A DNA stretch of 63,194 nucleotides, counting the filler, from Octopus bimaculoides (Eukaryota): assembly GCF_001194135.2 (NCBI RefSeq). It is 7 parts of 6 records of this genome, joined end to end, with 100 filler letters (N's around TTAATTAATTAA, not from the genome) between each part and the next. Parts side by side here need not be neighbours in the genome. Positions count along the whole stretch, not along the records: positions 22,022 to 46,928 come from NC_068993.1; positions 47,029 to 54,025 come from NC_068992.1; 5 more parts are not named here. One strand, 5' to 3'. The translations under genes were made by a program, and so were the position numbers. The notes under the pieces are model-generated. The model was not told where the DNA came from. It made no database searches and worked only from the letters and a program-made list of their open reading frames with translations. Shown here piece after piece: positions 36,640 through 47,724 of the stretch (position 1 is the first letter of the stretch; each line of letters opens with the position of its first letter).

Positions 36640-38290
36640 AGTCATAGCCGATGCTGGTGTCACATAACTGGTACCTGTGTCAGTGGCATGTAAAAAGCAC
36701 CCTTTGAATGTTGGGCCTCACAGAGTTAATAAGTGACCAAGACCTTTAGTGATATGCCATGCTTGAGAAGTCTCATCAAGCCAACTGAAATAATAAGTGT
36801 GACTGATGCCTGTGTCATTCAACTGGCACCCATGCTAGTGGAACATAAAAAGCACCCATTACACTTTTGGAATGGTTTGCATTAGGAAGGGCAATCAGCT
36901 GTAGAAACCATGCCAAATGAGATTGGGACCTGATGCGGCTCTCCATTTTATCAGTTTTAGTCAAACAGTCTAACCCATGCCAGCATGGAAAGCAGGCGCT
37001 AAATGATGACGATGATGAAGGTGATGAATCAGCCTGCATTTATCACGCACCATTCCAAGAGTGTAATGGGTGCTTTTACGTGTCACCTGCATAGGTGCCA
37101 TTTGCATGACACTGGTATCTACCATGACTGCAGTTTTACTTGGCTTCATGGGTCTTCTTCTCAAGCACAACATAATGCCAAATGGACTCAGTCCTTGCTT
37201 CTGTGATAGGTCTTCTCTCAAGCATAATATAATACCAAAGATCCCGAACATTGCCTCTGTGAGGCCCAGCATTCGAAAGGAGCTCAATCACTTTTCCTCT
37301 GTGAGGCTCAGCACTTGAATGGTGCTTTTTAAGTTCCACCTGCATGGGTACTGGTTATGTCACACCAGCATCAGCCATGACTGTGAATTCACTTGGTTTG
37401 ATCAGCCTTCTCAAGCATAGCATATTGCCAAAGGTCTCGGCCACTAGTCATTGATTCTGTGAGGTCCAAAGTTCAGAGATCATGCCTCACCACTTCATCC
37501 CATGTCTTACTGGGTCTACCTGTACCACAGGTTCCCTCCACAGTTAGGGATCGGCACTTCTTTACACAGTTATCCTCATCCATATGCATCACATGACCAT
37601 AGCAGTGCATTCGTCTCTCTTGCACACCACTTCTGGTGCCTCTCATGCCTAACTTTTCTCTCAAGATGCTTACATTCTGTCAAACATGCACACTGGCGTT
37701 GCACATCCAGCGAAGCATGCTGGCTTCATTTCTTTCAAGCCTATGCATGTCCTCGGCTGTCATAGCCCATGTTTCACTGCCATGCAGCATAACTGTTCAC
37801 ACACAGGCATCATACAATCTACCTTTCACTCTGAGAGAGAGGCCCTTTGTTGCCAACAGAGACAGGAGCTCTGTAAACTTTGCCCAACCTAATCTTATTC
37901 TAACAGCTATGCTCTCGGAGCATCCACCTCTGCTATAATGTGATCACCTAGGTAACTGAAGTTATTTACTACCTCTAGCTTATCCCCATGGCAGTTGATG
38001 GGGTCTATTTTCTGAACATTTTTGGTGTTTATTGTACCTGTGCATTTACCACACACAAAAGCTATTTTCTCTGTTAACCTTCCTCTGATATTGCTGCACC
38101 TTTTATGTGTCAAGAGCTTACACTGGGTTCATCTTACAGGGTTACTACCTACACCTTTTCTACACATAGAGCAGGGCTATCTACCTGAAGGGACTTGTAA
38201 TTTGTCTGCCTTCCTACTTACTACGACTTTGGTTTTTCGTAGGTTAACTCTAAGGCCCTTCAACCTTGCTTCCATACCTGGAACATCTCC
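36640..38290 (-). mobile_element. RTE LINE 3' portion (minus, about 37020-38290) abutting a plus-strand RTE tail (about 36640-37020)
   Basis: Minus: THKRCSNIRGRLTEKIAFVCGKC, REKLGMRGTRSGVQERRMHCYGHVMHMDEDNCVKKC. Plus-strand tail ends ggcgctaaatgatgacgatg. Confidence 0.9.
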
Positions 38291-38429
38291 AGTTCCAAAC
38301 ACATGAACTCACACGCACACACACACACACACACACAGATATATATAAAAATTTTCATAGAGCCTTTTATCTTCCTTTTGAGGAAGAAATAGAAGCAAAA
38401 AGGAAAAAAAAGAGAAAAATCAAAAATGA

Positions 38430-38850
38430 TTTCAGTGATGACCACACCACATTTCCAGGAGTGTCACTCATGGAAGACCTTCCAGATTGCTCATCCCCTT
38501 CCAGGGATATTCTTCCACTTTTGAAGCACCCATGCCACTGAAAACATTGCGTATGACCCCCCGGTCTCATCGTCATAGGCTTGTCAAAGTATGTTCAATG
38601 TATAGCAGACTTCCCAATTTTAATGCAAAATTTCACATTGGCTTTTTGTTCCTGTCCATGACAATATCACAGACTACAGCTGACATGTCATCACAAAAAC
38701 CCAAATTTCACAACTTGAGAAATAAAGACAGCAATGTTACTTGACACATAGCCTCAAGAAGGTCACTACTAGCTCTCATAGTGCATGCAAACATGTACTG
38801 CCATCTGTTGGCACACTATAGAACAAGTCCAGATTGGAAATAACGATGTC
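38430..38850 (-). mobile_element. Mariner 5' fragment, same family as 10427-11336
   Basis: Shares cagacttccc..tttaatgcaaaatttca..ttgg, gaaggtca.t.ctagct and tgccatctgttgg with the 10.9-11.3 kb region. Confidence 0.8.
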
Positions 38851-38934
38851 ATACACATATATACACACACATTCACATACATACACTCACTTACATATAA
38901 TGTTTTAAACTGTATTTCTATCCTCTCTTTTCAG

Positions 38935-38964
38935 CTATTGATAGTTTCATATCATTAACCTTTG
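38935..38964 (+). CDS. Exon I: 30-nt microexon (paralog of H)
   Basis: tcctctcttttcag / gtatgt; phase 1-1: IDSFISLTF; flanks duplicated from exon H. Confidence 0.75.
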
Positions 38965-39088
38965 GTATGTATATCTTTTTCAACATAACTATATACAGTC
39001 TGTGTGTTAATATTAGCATTTCCTTTAATACATGTAATCAGCCTGCATTTATCACACACCACACTTTAAATATAATTGAAAAGCTAAA

Positions 39089-39173
39089 TTCTTTGAAAAG
39101 CTGAATTTCTAACATGGGATTATTTCCAAGTCAGCTGATTCCTTTCATTAATGCTTTGTCAAGATGTCTCTCT

Positions 39174-39219
<46 letters not shown>

Positions 39220-39223
39220 CAGA

Positions 39224-39257
<34 letters not shown>

Positions 39258-39791
39258 CACACACTCATTCACTCACACACACACACTAACTCGCTCACAA
39301 AATATGCATGTTTAATTTGCTTCATTGTTTGTATAAATCTCATGTTGTTATTCTCTCTCTCTCTCTCTCTTCAGATTCCAGTTTAAATATTGAGTATCCA
39401 GAAGGTAATTTCCAATTAACCACTTCTCTTTTTACACATTTCTCCTTTCACCCTGATAACAGTTTGTGATTTCCAACTTTTGCCGCCTTCCCTCCATCGC
39501 AACACTCGTTCTTCTTAACCGGGGACAGTTATAAAAGGGACACTACTCTTGCAGAAATTTGCTTAGTCAAACCTGGCGATGTTTCATCATATTTGATTCA
39601 CAAGATTCGTCTTTGAGTTTGTATGTCACATATTCACAGATATTCGCTTCTGTGTATGTCTGACTGAGAGTTTATGCCCTTGTATTTAAGGATGCATATG
39701 TATAATGATAGTGACGTCTTTGAAAAGCTGAATTTCTAACATGGGATTATTTTCAAGTCAGCTGACTCCTTTCATTAATGCTTTGTCAAGA

Positions 39792-39810
<19 letters not shown>
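39089..39810. repeat. About 90-bp direct repeat plus (CT)n at about 39089 and 39719
   Basis: tttgaaaagctgaatttctaacatgggattattt.caagtcagctga.tcctttcattaatgctttgtcaagat occurs twice. Confidence 0.9.
39375..39404 (+). CDS. Exon J: 30-nt microexon
   Basis: (CT)n-tcag / gtaatt; phase 1-1: SSLNIEYPE. Confidence 0.7.
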
Positions 39811-39824
<14 letters not shown>

Positions 39825-39869
39825 ATCTCTCTCTATTTCTATCTCTATTTCACTCACACACATGCCAGC

Positions 39870-40280
39870 TACAATGTTGGCAGACAAGACGCTGGCCATT
39901 CCCTGGTTATATCAATTATGACCAATACCAATGCATGATGCAGTCCTATTGTCAGACACAGGGTCTCCCAGCAGCCACCCTCTTGAGCCAGGGTAACACT
40001 ACCTGCTCCAGGCACTTGATGTAGGCCTCCATGCTGAGTCTAAGGCTATGTGGGAAGATGAATGGAGGAATAATGTTGCCCTCACTATTGATCACTCCAA
40101 ACAGCATTGATTTTTATCACTCTCAGTACGTGTTTATATCAGAGCTTCCAGGACTCCGTATTGAAGCTTCTAGTGCTAATGCCAAACAGTACAGCATGTC
40201 GTTTTCAAATCTTTGGAAGAGTAAATTGCATCATGGTACTGTTTTTCTCACAGACGGTGCGTAACTGACCCTGCTATACT
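39870..40280 (-). mobile_element. Tc1/mariner (DD37D-like) transposase fragment
   Basis: FGVINSEGNIIPPFIFPHSLRLSMEAYIKCLEQVVLPWLKRVAAGRPCV*Q*D. Confidence 0.75.
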
Positions 40281-40418
40281 GTGTAGTCAATAGAACCAAA
40301 AACAAACAATGCACATGCATGAAATTAGAAATATAAAATGGCCACAATTTACCCATCGCACCCTGTATATATGTATAGATATATATATATATATGTATTT
40401 AATTTTTTTTTTTTCTAG

Positions 40419-40463
40419 ATACCAATCACATGAGATATGACAGTTCTGTTTTGAGTGTTTAAG
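40419..40463 (+). CDS. Exon K: last coding exon (45 nt, contains stop)
   Basis: (T)n-ctag / gtatgt; phase-1 start: TNHMRYDSSVLSV* with TAA one nt before the donor. Confidence 0.7.
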
Positions 40464-41574
40464 GTATGTATATATTTGTATGTGTTTGTGTGTAGTCATC
40501 ATCCTCATCATCTTTTAATGTCCATCTTCCATGCAGTATGGTTAGTTTGACAGGACCTGAAGAGTCTGAGGATTACTTCATGCTCAAATGCCTGCCTTCA
40601 CATGGTTTCTGTGACTGCCCCCCCCCCCAACCTTTGCCATCCACTTTACAGAGTGTACTAGATACTTTTTTCATGGCACCAAAATTATATTTAGTGAATT
40701 AGTGAATTTGTATCCTTGCTATCGTTATATTCTGAATATTAACATTAAAAAACAAAAGAAACAGAAACTGAGACAAGCCGTTCTACTTTACAAGTCACAT
40801 GACTAAAAAAGACAAAAAACAGTCAACCACTTTTTATCCTGACTGCTTTTCTGCCAGAAGCTACATGACATATATAAACATCGGCATTTTCCCATTTTGT
40901 GAAAGCTGATAAAATCCACAACAATTGCTCTCGAGTAACTATGTCAGACTGCTGTTTCTTGCAAAACGTTCATATAATACATACGGAAAAAAAAATGATA
41001 AAACAAAACATAGGCTCAGATATTAGTGAGATATCAACTCAGAAGAGACAACCATAGACAGCAGTCAATATTAGCCTGTGTTCTTTTTAGCTTAATGACC
41101 CTGCTTTCTGATGCATATTATTTCTGAAGTTCTGTACTCTGCACACATTATGAATTCTCTACAATCAAGAAATCAAGGGCTGACTACTCTTCAAACATTA
41201 TTAGAAAATGTTTGAGAAACAAGAGGAGCCCACAGCTCCCTCAACCATTCAGTTAAATTATTCAAATAGTAATCTTACATTTTCACAATTTAATACTAAA
41301 TCTATTGAATAAGGATCCAGTTTATATATTCATTGAATGCAAACTGGGGAAATGGTACAAGGAAAATCCGTGAAGACAGACTTTTGGTTAAGACCATATT
41401 GATAGTGGAGTGTGGGTGGGGTGGATGTTTGAATATTTGAGGAATGTAGAGTGTTTTACTGTTAAAACTGATCCAAATTATGCTTAGAATCAGTTTTTCG
41501 TGCATCAGGTGTGTGAGAAGTGGAAGGTGACCAGAAACATAGGTCACCCTCATCGAACTTAAATAACCACTTCA

Positions 41575-42330
41575 TCATCATCATCATCATCATCATTTAA
41601 TGTCCACTTTACATGCAGGCATGGGTTGGATGGTTTGACTGAGGACTGCACCAAGCTCCAATATGATCTGGCAAGGTTTCTACAGTTGGATGCGCTTTCT
41701 AACACCGACCACTCTGAGTATGTAGTGGGTGCTTTTCACATGCCACCATCACAGAGCCAGTCAAGCGTTAATAGCAAAGACCATGCTTGAATGATGTTTT
41801 TTACATGCCACCAGCATGGGACCAGTCAGGCAGCACTGTCATTGACCATGTTTGTATGGTGCTTTTTTACGTGCCACCAGCACAGGAACCAGTCTGGTGG
41901 GAGTGACATTGACCACACTCGAATGGTGCTTTTTATGTGCCAGTCAGGCGGTACTGGCATCAGCCACAACAATGATTTCACTTGACTCAACAGGTCTTCT
42001 TAAGCACAGTTTATTGCCCAATGATTGAAGGGTACACTTAAATGGGCTGGTTATACAACACTGGCATAGCCCACAGTTATGGTCTCACTTGGCTTGCCAG
42101 GTCTTCTCAAGCACAACATATCTCCAAAGGTCTCGGCTGCTTGTCATTGCCTCCGTAAGGCCCAATGTTCAAAGGTCATGCTTCACCACCTCATCCCAGG
42201 TCATCCTAGGTCTACCTCTTCCACAGGTTCCCTACACTGTTTGAGTGTGACACTTCTTCACACAGTTGTCCTCATCCATACACAACACATGCCCATACTA
42301 CTGCAATCGTCTCTCTTTCACACCACACCT
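41575..42330 (-). mobile_element. RTE ORF end plus 3'UTR
   Basis: (cat)n tail, unit array, and a minus-strand GRPRMTWDEVVKHDL-type ORF terminus near 42170-42330. Confidence 0.85.
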
Positions 42331-43024
42331 GATGCTTCTCCCCTATCTTTTATTGCCTTGTTTTTTAACATATTTTTTTGAATTATACACTTGATCTACT
42401 TACCTAATTATTTTGTATAATTATTTGTTCTTTTATTCTTTTATTTCAGAAGAAATATACATTTTCATTTATTAAACTACGTAGATAAATTAATTTACAA
42501 GACAACTCAGAATAATGCGACACGAGAAAATTGTTCTGGACTGAACAATAACCTGATTGTTTATATATTAAAAAGCACACAAAAAAACGCTGCCATCTTA
42601 ACTGATTTTTGCACTTCTATTCTAGACCCATTAATGTAAATATCTTCATCTGAATTAAAACCATCATCTGAAAGTTCTTACTTTTGCTGTCTCTTGGTTT
42701 GTATTTTGTATTTGATGTATTTAAAATATTAGATATATTACTTATATATTCGATGTGTCTAATTTATTTATCCACATAATGGTTTCTCTAATCCAGAAGA
42801 TGCTCTCATCTAAATTTGCTAGTTCGCGGTACGCCCGCCCTCCCNNNNNNNNNNNNNNNNNNNNNNNNNNNNNNNNNNNNNNNNNNNNNNNNNNNNNNNN
42901 NNNNNNNNNNNNNNNNNNNNNNNNNNNNNNNNNNNNNNNNNNNNNNNNNNNNNNNNNNNNNNNNNNNNNNNNNNNNNNNNNNNNNNNNNNNNNNNNNNNN
43001 NNNNNNNNNNNNNNNNNNNNNNNN

Positions 43025-46000
43025 TGAACGCTTCTAAAGGCTTTACACCATCCCCACCCCTACTCAGGGTTTATCTCCTATGGAAGGTGGTGATCATATA
43101 GTGCAAAAATCTGATGGTGTAGTGCATGCAGGTTGAATTGAAGGCTATTGTCTGTTTATGAATTCTGCCAAATGCATGCTTTCTTTTCAGGTACATGACA
43201 CTGCTGTCCCCCACCCCAGGGTCTCATGGGCCCACACCTCCCACACCCTCAGGGTTGGTACTCTCAATATCAGCACATTGAAAGGTAGGTCTGGTGAGAT
43301 TGTTGAGTTGCTTGAACGGAGATGTGTCGATATCTGCTGCCTCCAAGAAGTAAGGTGGAGAGGAGGTTCTGCTAGGTTCGTCACAGGCAAAGAACACTGG
43401 TACAAGATTTTCTGGGCAAGGAACACTGACAGGGTCGGGGATGTGGGTATACTTCTTGCAGAGAAATTGGTGGATAAGGTAATCAAGGTAGTCAGAGTGT
43501 GCGACAGAATACTTAGATTAATGCTTCATCATAGGTTAGCAACCATTATCTCGGCCTATGCCCCTCAGTCAGGGTTACCTGGTGGACAAAAAGACCAATT
43601 TTATGGTACCCTCTTGCAGACTACCTCGTTGATGAATGACAGGGACCTTCTCTTTGTGGCTGGTGACTTCAATGGACATATTGGACAACATACAGGGGGC
43701 TTCTGTATTGTACATGGAGGCTATGGTTTTTGTTCCCACAATGAGGAGGGAACCAGGCTGCTGGAGTTCTTATGGTTTGCAATACTAACAACTTCAGGAA
43801 ACCTGCCAGTTACCTAGTCACCTACCATTCTGGCAGACACACTAGCCAAATTGACTACATCCTTGCCAGAAAAAGGGAAAGAGGGCTGCTTATAAATGCC
43901 AAAACCTTTCCAGGCAAAGAATGTACCCCACAACATAAACTGGTAGTTAGTGACTTCAGGATCAGGACTAAGTGGATGCCCAGAAGACGATCAGCATGGA
44001 GGAGAAGAGTCTGGAAGCTTAAAGATCCTGCAAGTGGACAGAAATTTAGAGATATATTACTCGAAGCCATTGATGAAAAAGAAGGGGTTATAGCTTCACG
44101 CAATGTAGAAGACAATTAGAGGTTTCTATGGGACAACCTGCTGAGGGCCACTGACCAGATCTGTGGATGGTGCAAAGTCCCCTCTCAACCCAAAATAACG
44201 TGGTGGTAGAACAATGTTGTTGACAGGGCTATTAGAGAAAAGAAACAGGCTTGGAAGGACTGGAAGAATGGTGGTAGCAGGGAATTGTATCAGACTGCCA
44301 GAAGGGAAGCTAGGAGACAGGTTTGCTTAGCCAGAGTAGAAACAGATAAGAAAAAATTTGCCAATGTTCTGCACTGTGAAGACCAAAGACTTCAGGTATT
44401 TCATGTTGCAAGACAGTGTGTGAGAGAGAATTGTGATGTCGTGGGAAAGAAATGTGTTCGCATGGATGATGGCTCACTTGCACTAAACGAGGCTGCAAAG
44501 AGAGAGGCTTGGAGAGGCCATTATGAAAGGTTGCTCAATAAAGAAAATGAATGGGAGAAAGAGAGTCTGCCAAATGTTGTCCCAACAGAAGGACCAGCTA
44601 TCCGAGATGACAGTACCTTGGTAGATAAAATGATCAAGAGTATGAAGACAGGGAAAGCTCCCAGCCCATCAGGAATCACTGCAGAGATGCTCAAAATATC
44701 TGGCAGTGTTGGCTATAGCCTAGTCACCCGTATAGTTAACCAAGTGATACACAAAGGAGTCATAAACAATGACTGGTGTAGCAGCACCATAGTCAACTGC
44801 TACAAAGGTAAAGATGACGCTTTAGATACAAATAATCACAGAGGTATCAAGTTGTTGGATCAGGTAATGAAGGTCACGGAGAGGGTCATAGCCCAACTAA
44901 TTAGGGAGAGAGTCAGTTTAGATGAGATATAGTTTGGGTTCGTGCAGGGAAAAGCACTGCTGATGCTATATTTCTGGTAAGACAGCTGCAGGAGAAATAC
45001 CTAGCCAAAAATAAACCTCTGTACCTGGCTTTTGTTGACATGGAGAAAGCCTTTGACAGGGTCCCCCAATCCCTTATCTGGTGGTCAATAAGGAAACTAG
45101 GGATAGATGAATGGTTAGTGAGAGCTGTGTGAGCCATGTACAGGGGCGCTGTCAGTAAGGTAAGGGTTGGCAACGAATACAGTGAAGAATTCCAGGTAGA
45201 GGTAGGGGTCCACCAAGGTTCAGTTCTCAGCCCCCTCTTATTTATCATAGTCTCCAGGCAATAACAGAGGAATTCAAGACAGGATGCCCCTGGGAGCTCC
45301 TCTATGCTGACGACCTTGCTCTAATTGCTGAGTCACTATCAGATCTAGAGGAGAAGTTTCAGGTGTGGAAGGAAGGATTCGAATCGAAGGGCCTTAGAGT
45401 CAACCTAGCTAAAACCAAAGTCCTAATAAGTAGGAAGGTTGACAAACCACAAATCCCTTCAGGTAGATGGCCCTGCTCGATCTGTAGAAAAGGCATAGGT
45501 AGAAACTCTATAAGATGCACCCAGTGTAAGCTATGGACACATAAGAGGTGTAGCAATATCAAAGGAAGGTTAACTGGGAAGATAGTTTTTGTATGTGGCA
45601 GATGCTCAGGAGCAATAAACACTGAAAATGTGCAGAGAACAACTAGAAGTAGTTGATAGCTTTCTTTACCTAGGTGACCAAGTCAGTAGTGGGGGAGGGT
45701 GCACTGAAAGTGTAGCTGCTAGAATAAGAATAGCCTGAGCAAAGTTCAGAGAGCTCTTACCTCTGCTGGTGACAAAGGGCCTCTCACTCAGAGTAAAAGG
45801 TAGACTGTATGATGCATGTGTACGAACAGCCATGCTACATGGCAGTGAAACATGGACCGTGACTGCTGAGGACATGTGTAAGCTTGCAAGGAACGAAGCC
45901 AGTATGCTCCGCTGGATGTGTAATGTCAATGTGCATATTCAAGAGAAAAGTTGGACCTAAGAAGCATCAGATGTGGTGTGCAAGAGAGACAACTGCGCTG

Positions 46001-46706
46001 GTATGGTCATGTGGCGAGAATGGATGAGGATAGCTGTGTGCAAAAGTGCCACACTCTAGAGGTTGAGGGAACCTGTGGAAGAGGTAGACCCAGGAAGACC
46101 TCCGAACATTAGGCCTCACTGAGGCAATGACTAGTGAGTGGGACCTTTAGAAATATGTAGTATGTGAGAAGATCCGGCAAGCCAAGTGAGAACATAACCC
46201 ATAGCCTATACCAGGGCTGTTACCTGCCCGCTTATGCGTACCTTTCCTTCATTGGACACTAAACTCTGGTTGCAAAGACCTGTTCAGGCAAGTGAAATTG
46301 AAATCGAATCAAATTCGCAAATTTGATGACCGGCACCCATGCCAGTGAAGCACTAACAGCACCATCCAAGTGTGATCGTTGCAAGAGCAGCTGATTGGCT
46401 TCCATGCCAGTGACACGTAAAAAGCACCATTCAAGTGTGATCATTACCAGAGTTGCCTTACAGGCACGCAAAAAAAGACATTTGTGCGAGGTTGTTGCCA
46501 GTGCCGCTGGAATGGCTTCTGTGCAGGTGGCACATAAAAAACACCATTTGAGCATGGCCATTGCCAGTACCACCTGATTGGCCCTCGCGCTAGTGGCACA
46601 TAAAAGCACCCACTGCACTCTTGGAGTGGTTGGTGTTAGGAAGGGCATCCAGCTGTTGAAACTCTGCCAGATCAGATTGACCTTGGTGCAGCCATCTGGT
46701 TCGCCA
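43025..46706 (+). mobile_element. Nearly full-length, inactivated RTE-clade LINE (APE endonuclease, RT, Cys-rich finger, 3'UTR)
   Basis: APE: LRVGTLN, LQEVRW, AGDFNGH, SQIDYI, QHKLVV. RT: QGSVLSPLLF, LLYADDL (45303). Cys-rich: CSICRKG..CTQCKLWTHKRC..CGRC. Several stops and frameshifts; terminal (GAT)n tail absent. Confidence 0.95.
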
Positions 46707-47186
46707 AACCTATGCACATTTCAATAGGGTATCCCGGAAAAATAAACCACATCATAAGATGTCTCGTAAAATATTGTAACAAATTACAACATATTACAAA
46801 TTTCTGGATACTCCATCTCATCAGGGTCGCATTATTGCCATCACCAATACTATTATTATTAGCAAAACACACACATCATCCAAGAGGGTGAAAGAATAAT
46901 CGATGGCATGCAACCTACCATCGTTATTNNNNNNNNNNNNNNNNNNNNNNNNNNNNNNNNNNNNNNNNNNNNTTAATTAATTAANNNNNNNNNNNNNNNN
47001 NNNNNNNNNNNNNNNNNNNNNNNNNNNNTATGAATATAGATGCTTATATATTTATATATATGTGTATATATGTATATGTACGTATCTATATATATACATA
47101 TGTATATGTATGTTTATATGTATGCATATATATGTATATGTATATACATGCATATGCATATACATATGTATTTATATGTATTTATA

Positions 47187-47355
47187 GGCGTAAGAGTGGC
47201 TGTGTGGTAAGTAGCTTGCTTACAAAGCACATGGTTTCGGGTTCAGTCCCACTACGTGGCACCTTTGGTAAGTGTCTTCTACTAAATCCACGGGCCGACC
47301 AAAGCCTTGTGAGTGGGTTTGGTAGACGGAAAACCAAAGAAGCCTGTCGTATATA

Positions 47356-47399
<44 letters not shown>

Positions 47400-47429
47400 C
47401 GTGTGTGTGTGTGTGTGTGNNNNNNNNNN

Positions 47430-47468
<39 letters not shown>

Positions 47469-47724
47469 CGTGTGTGTGTGTGTGTGTGTCTGTGTGTGTG
47501 TGTGTGTGTGTATCTCTATGTGTCTGTGTTTGTCCCCCCAACATCGCTTGACCACCGATGCTGGTATGTTTACGTCCCCATAACTTAGCGGTTCGGCATA
47601 AGAGACCGATAGAATAAGTACTAGGCTTACAAAGAATAAGCCCTTGGGTCGACTTGCTCGACTAAAGGTGGCGCTCCAACATGGCCACAGTCAAATGACT
47701 GAAACAAGTAGAAGAGTAAAAGAG
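47187..47724 (+). mobile_element. SINE family A, complete (expanded central (TA)n(TG)n, small gap)
   Basis: A-box gtggctgtgtggtaag, B-box gggttcagtccc, central microsatellite, 3' (AAGAGT)n-like tail. Confidence 0.9.

Noticed and set aside
41205-41310. KMFEKQEEPTAPSTIQLNYSNSNLTFSQFNTKSIE* as an alternative terminal exon
   Set aside because: Weak acceptor and phase 0, incompatible with the phase-1 upstream exons.
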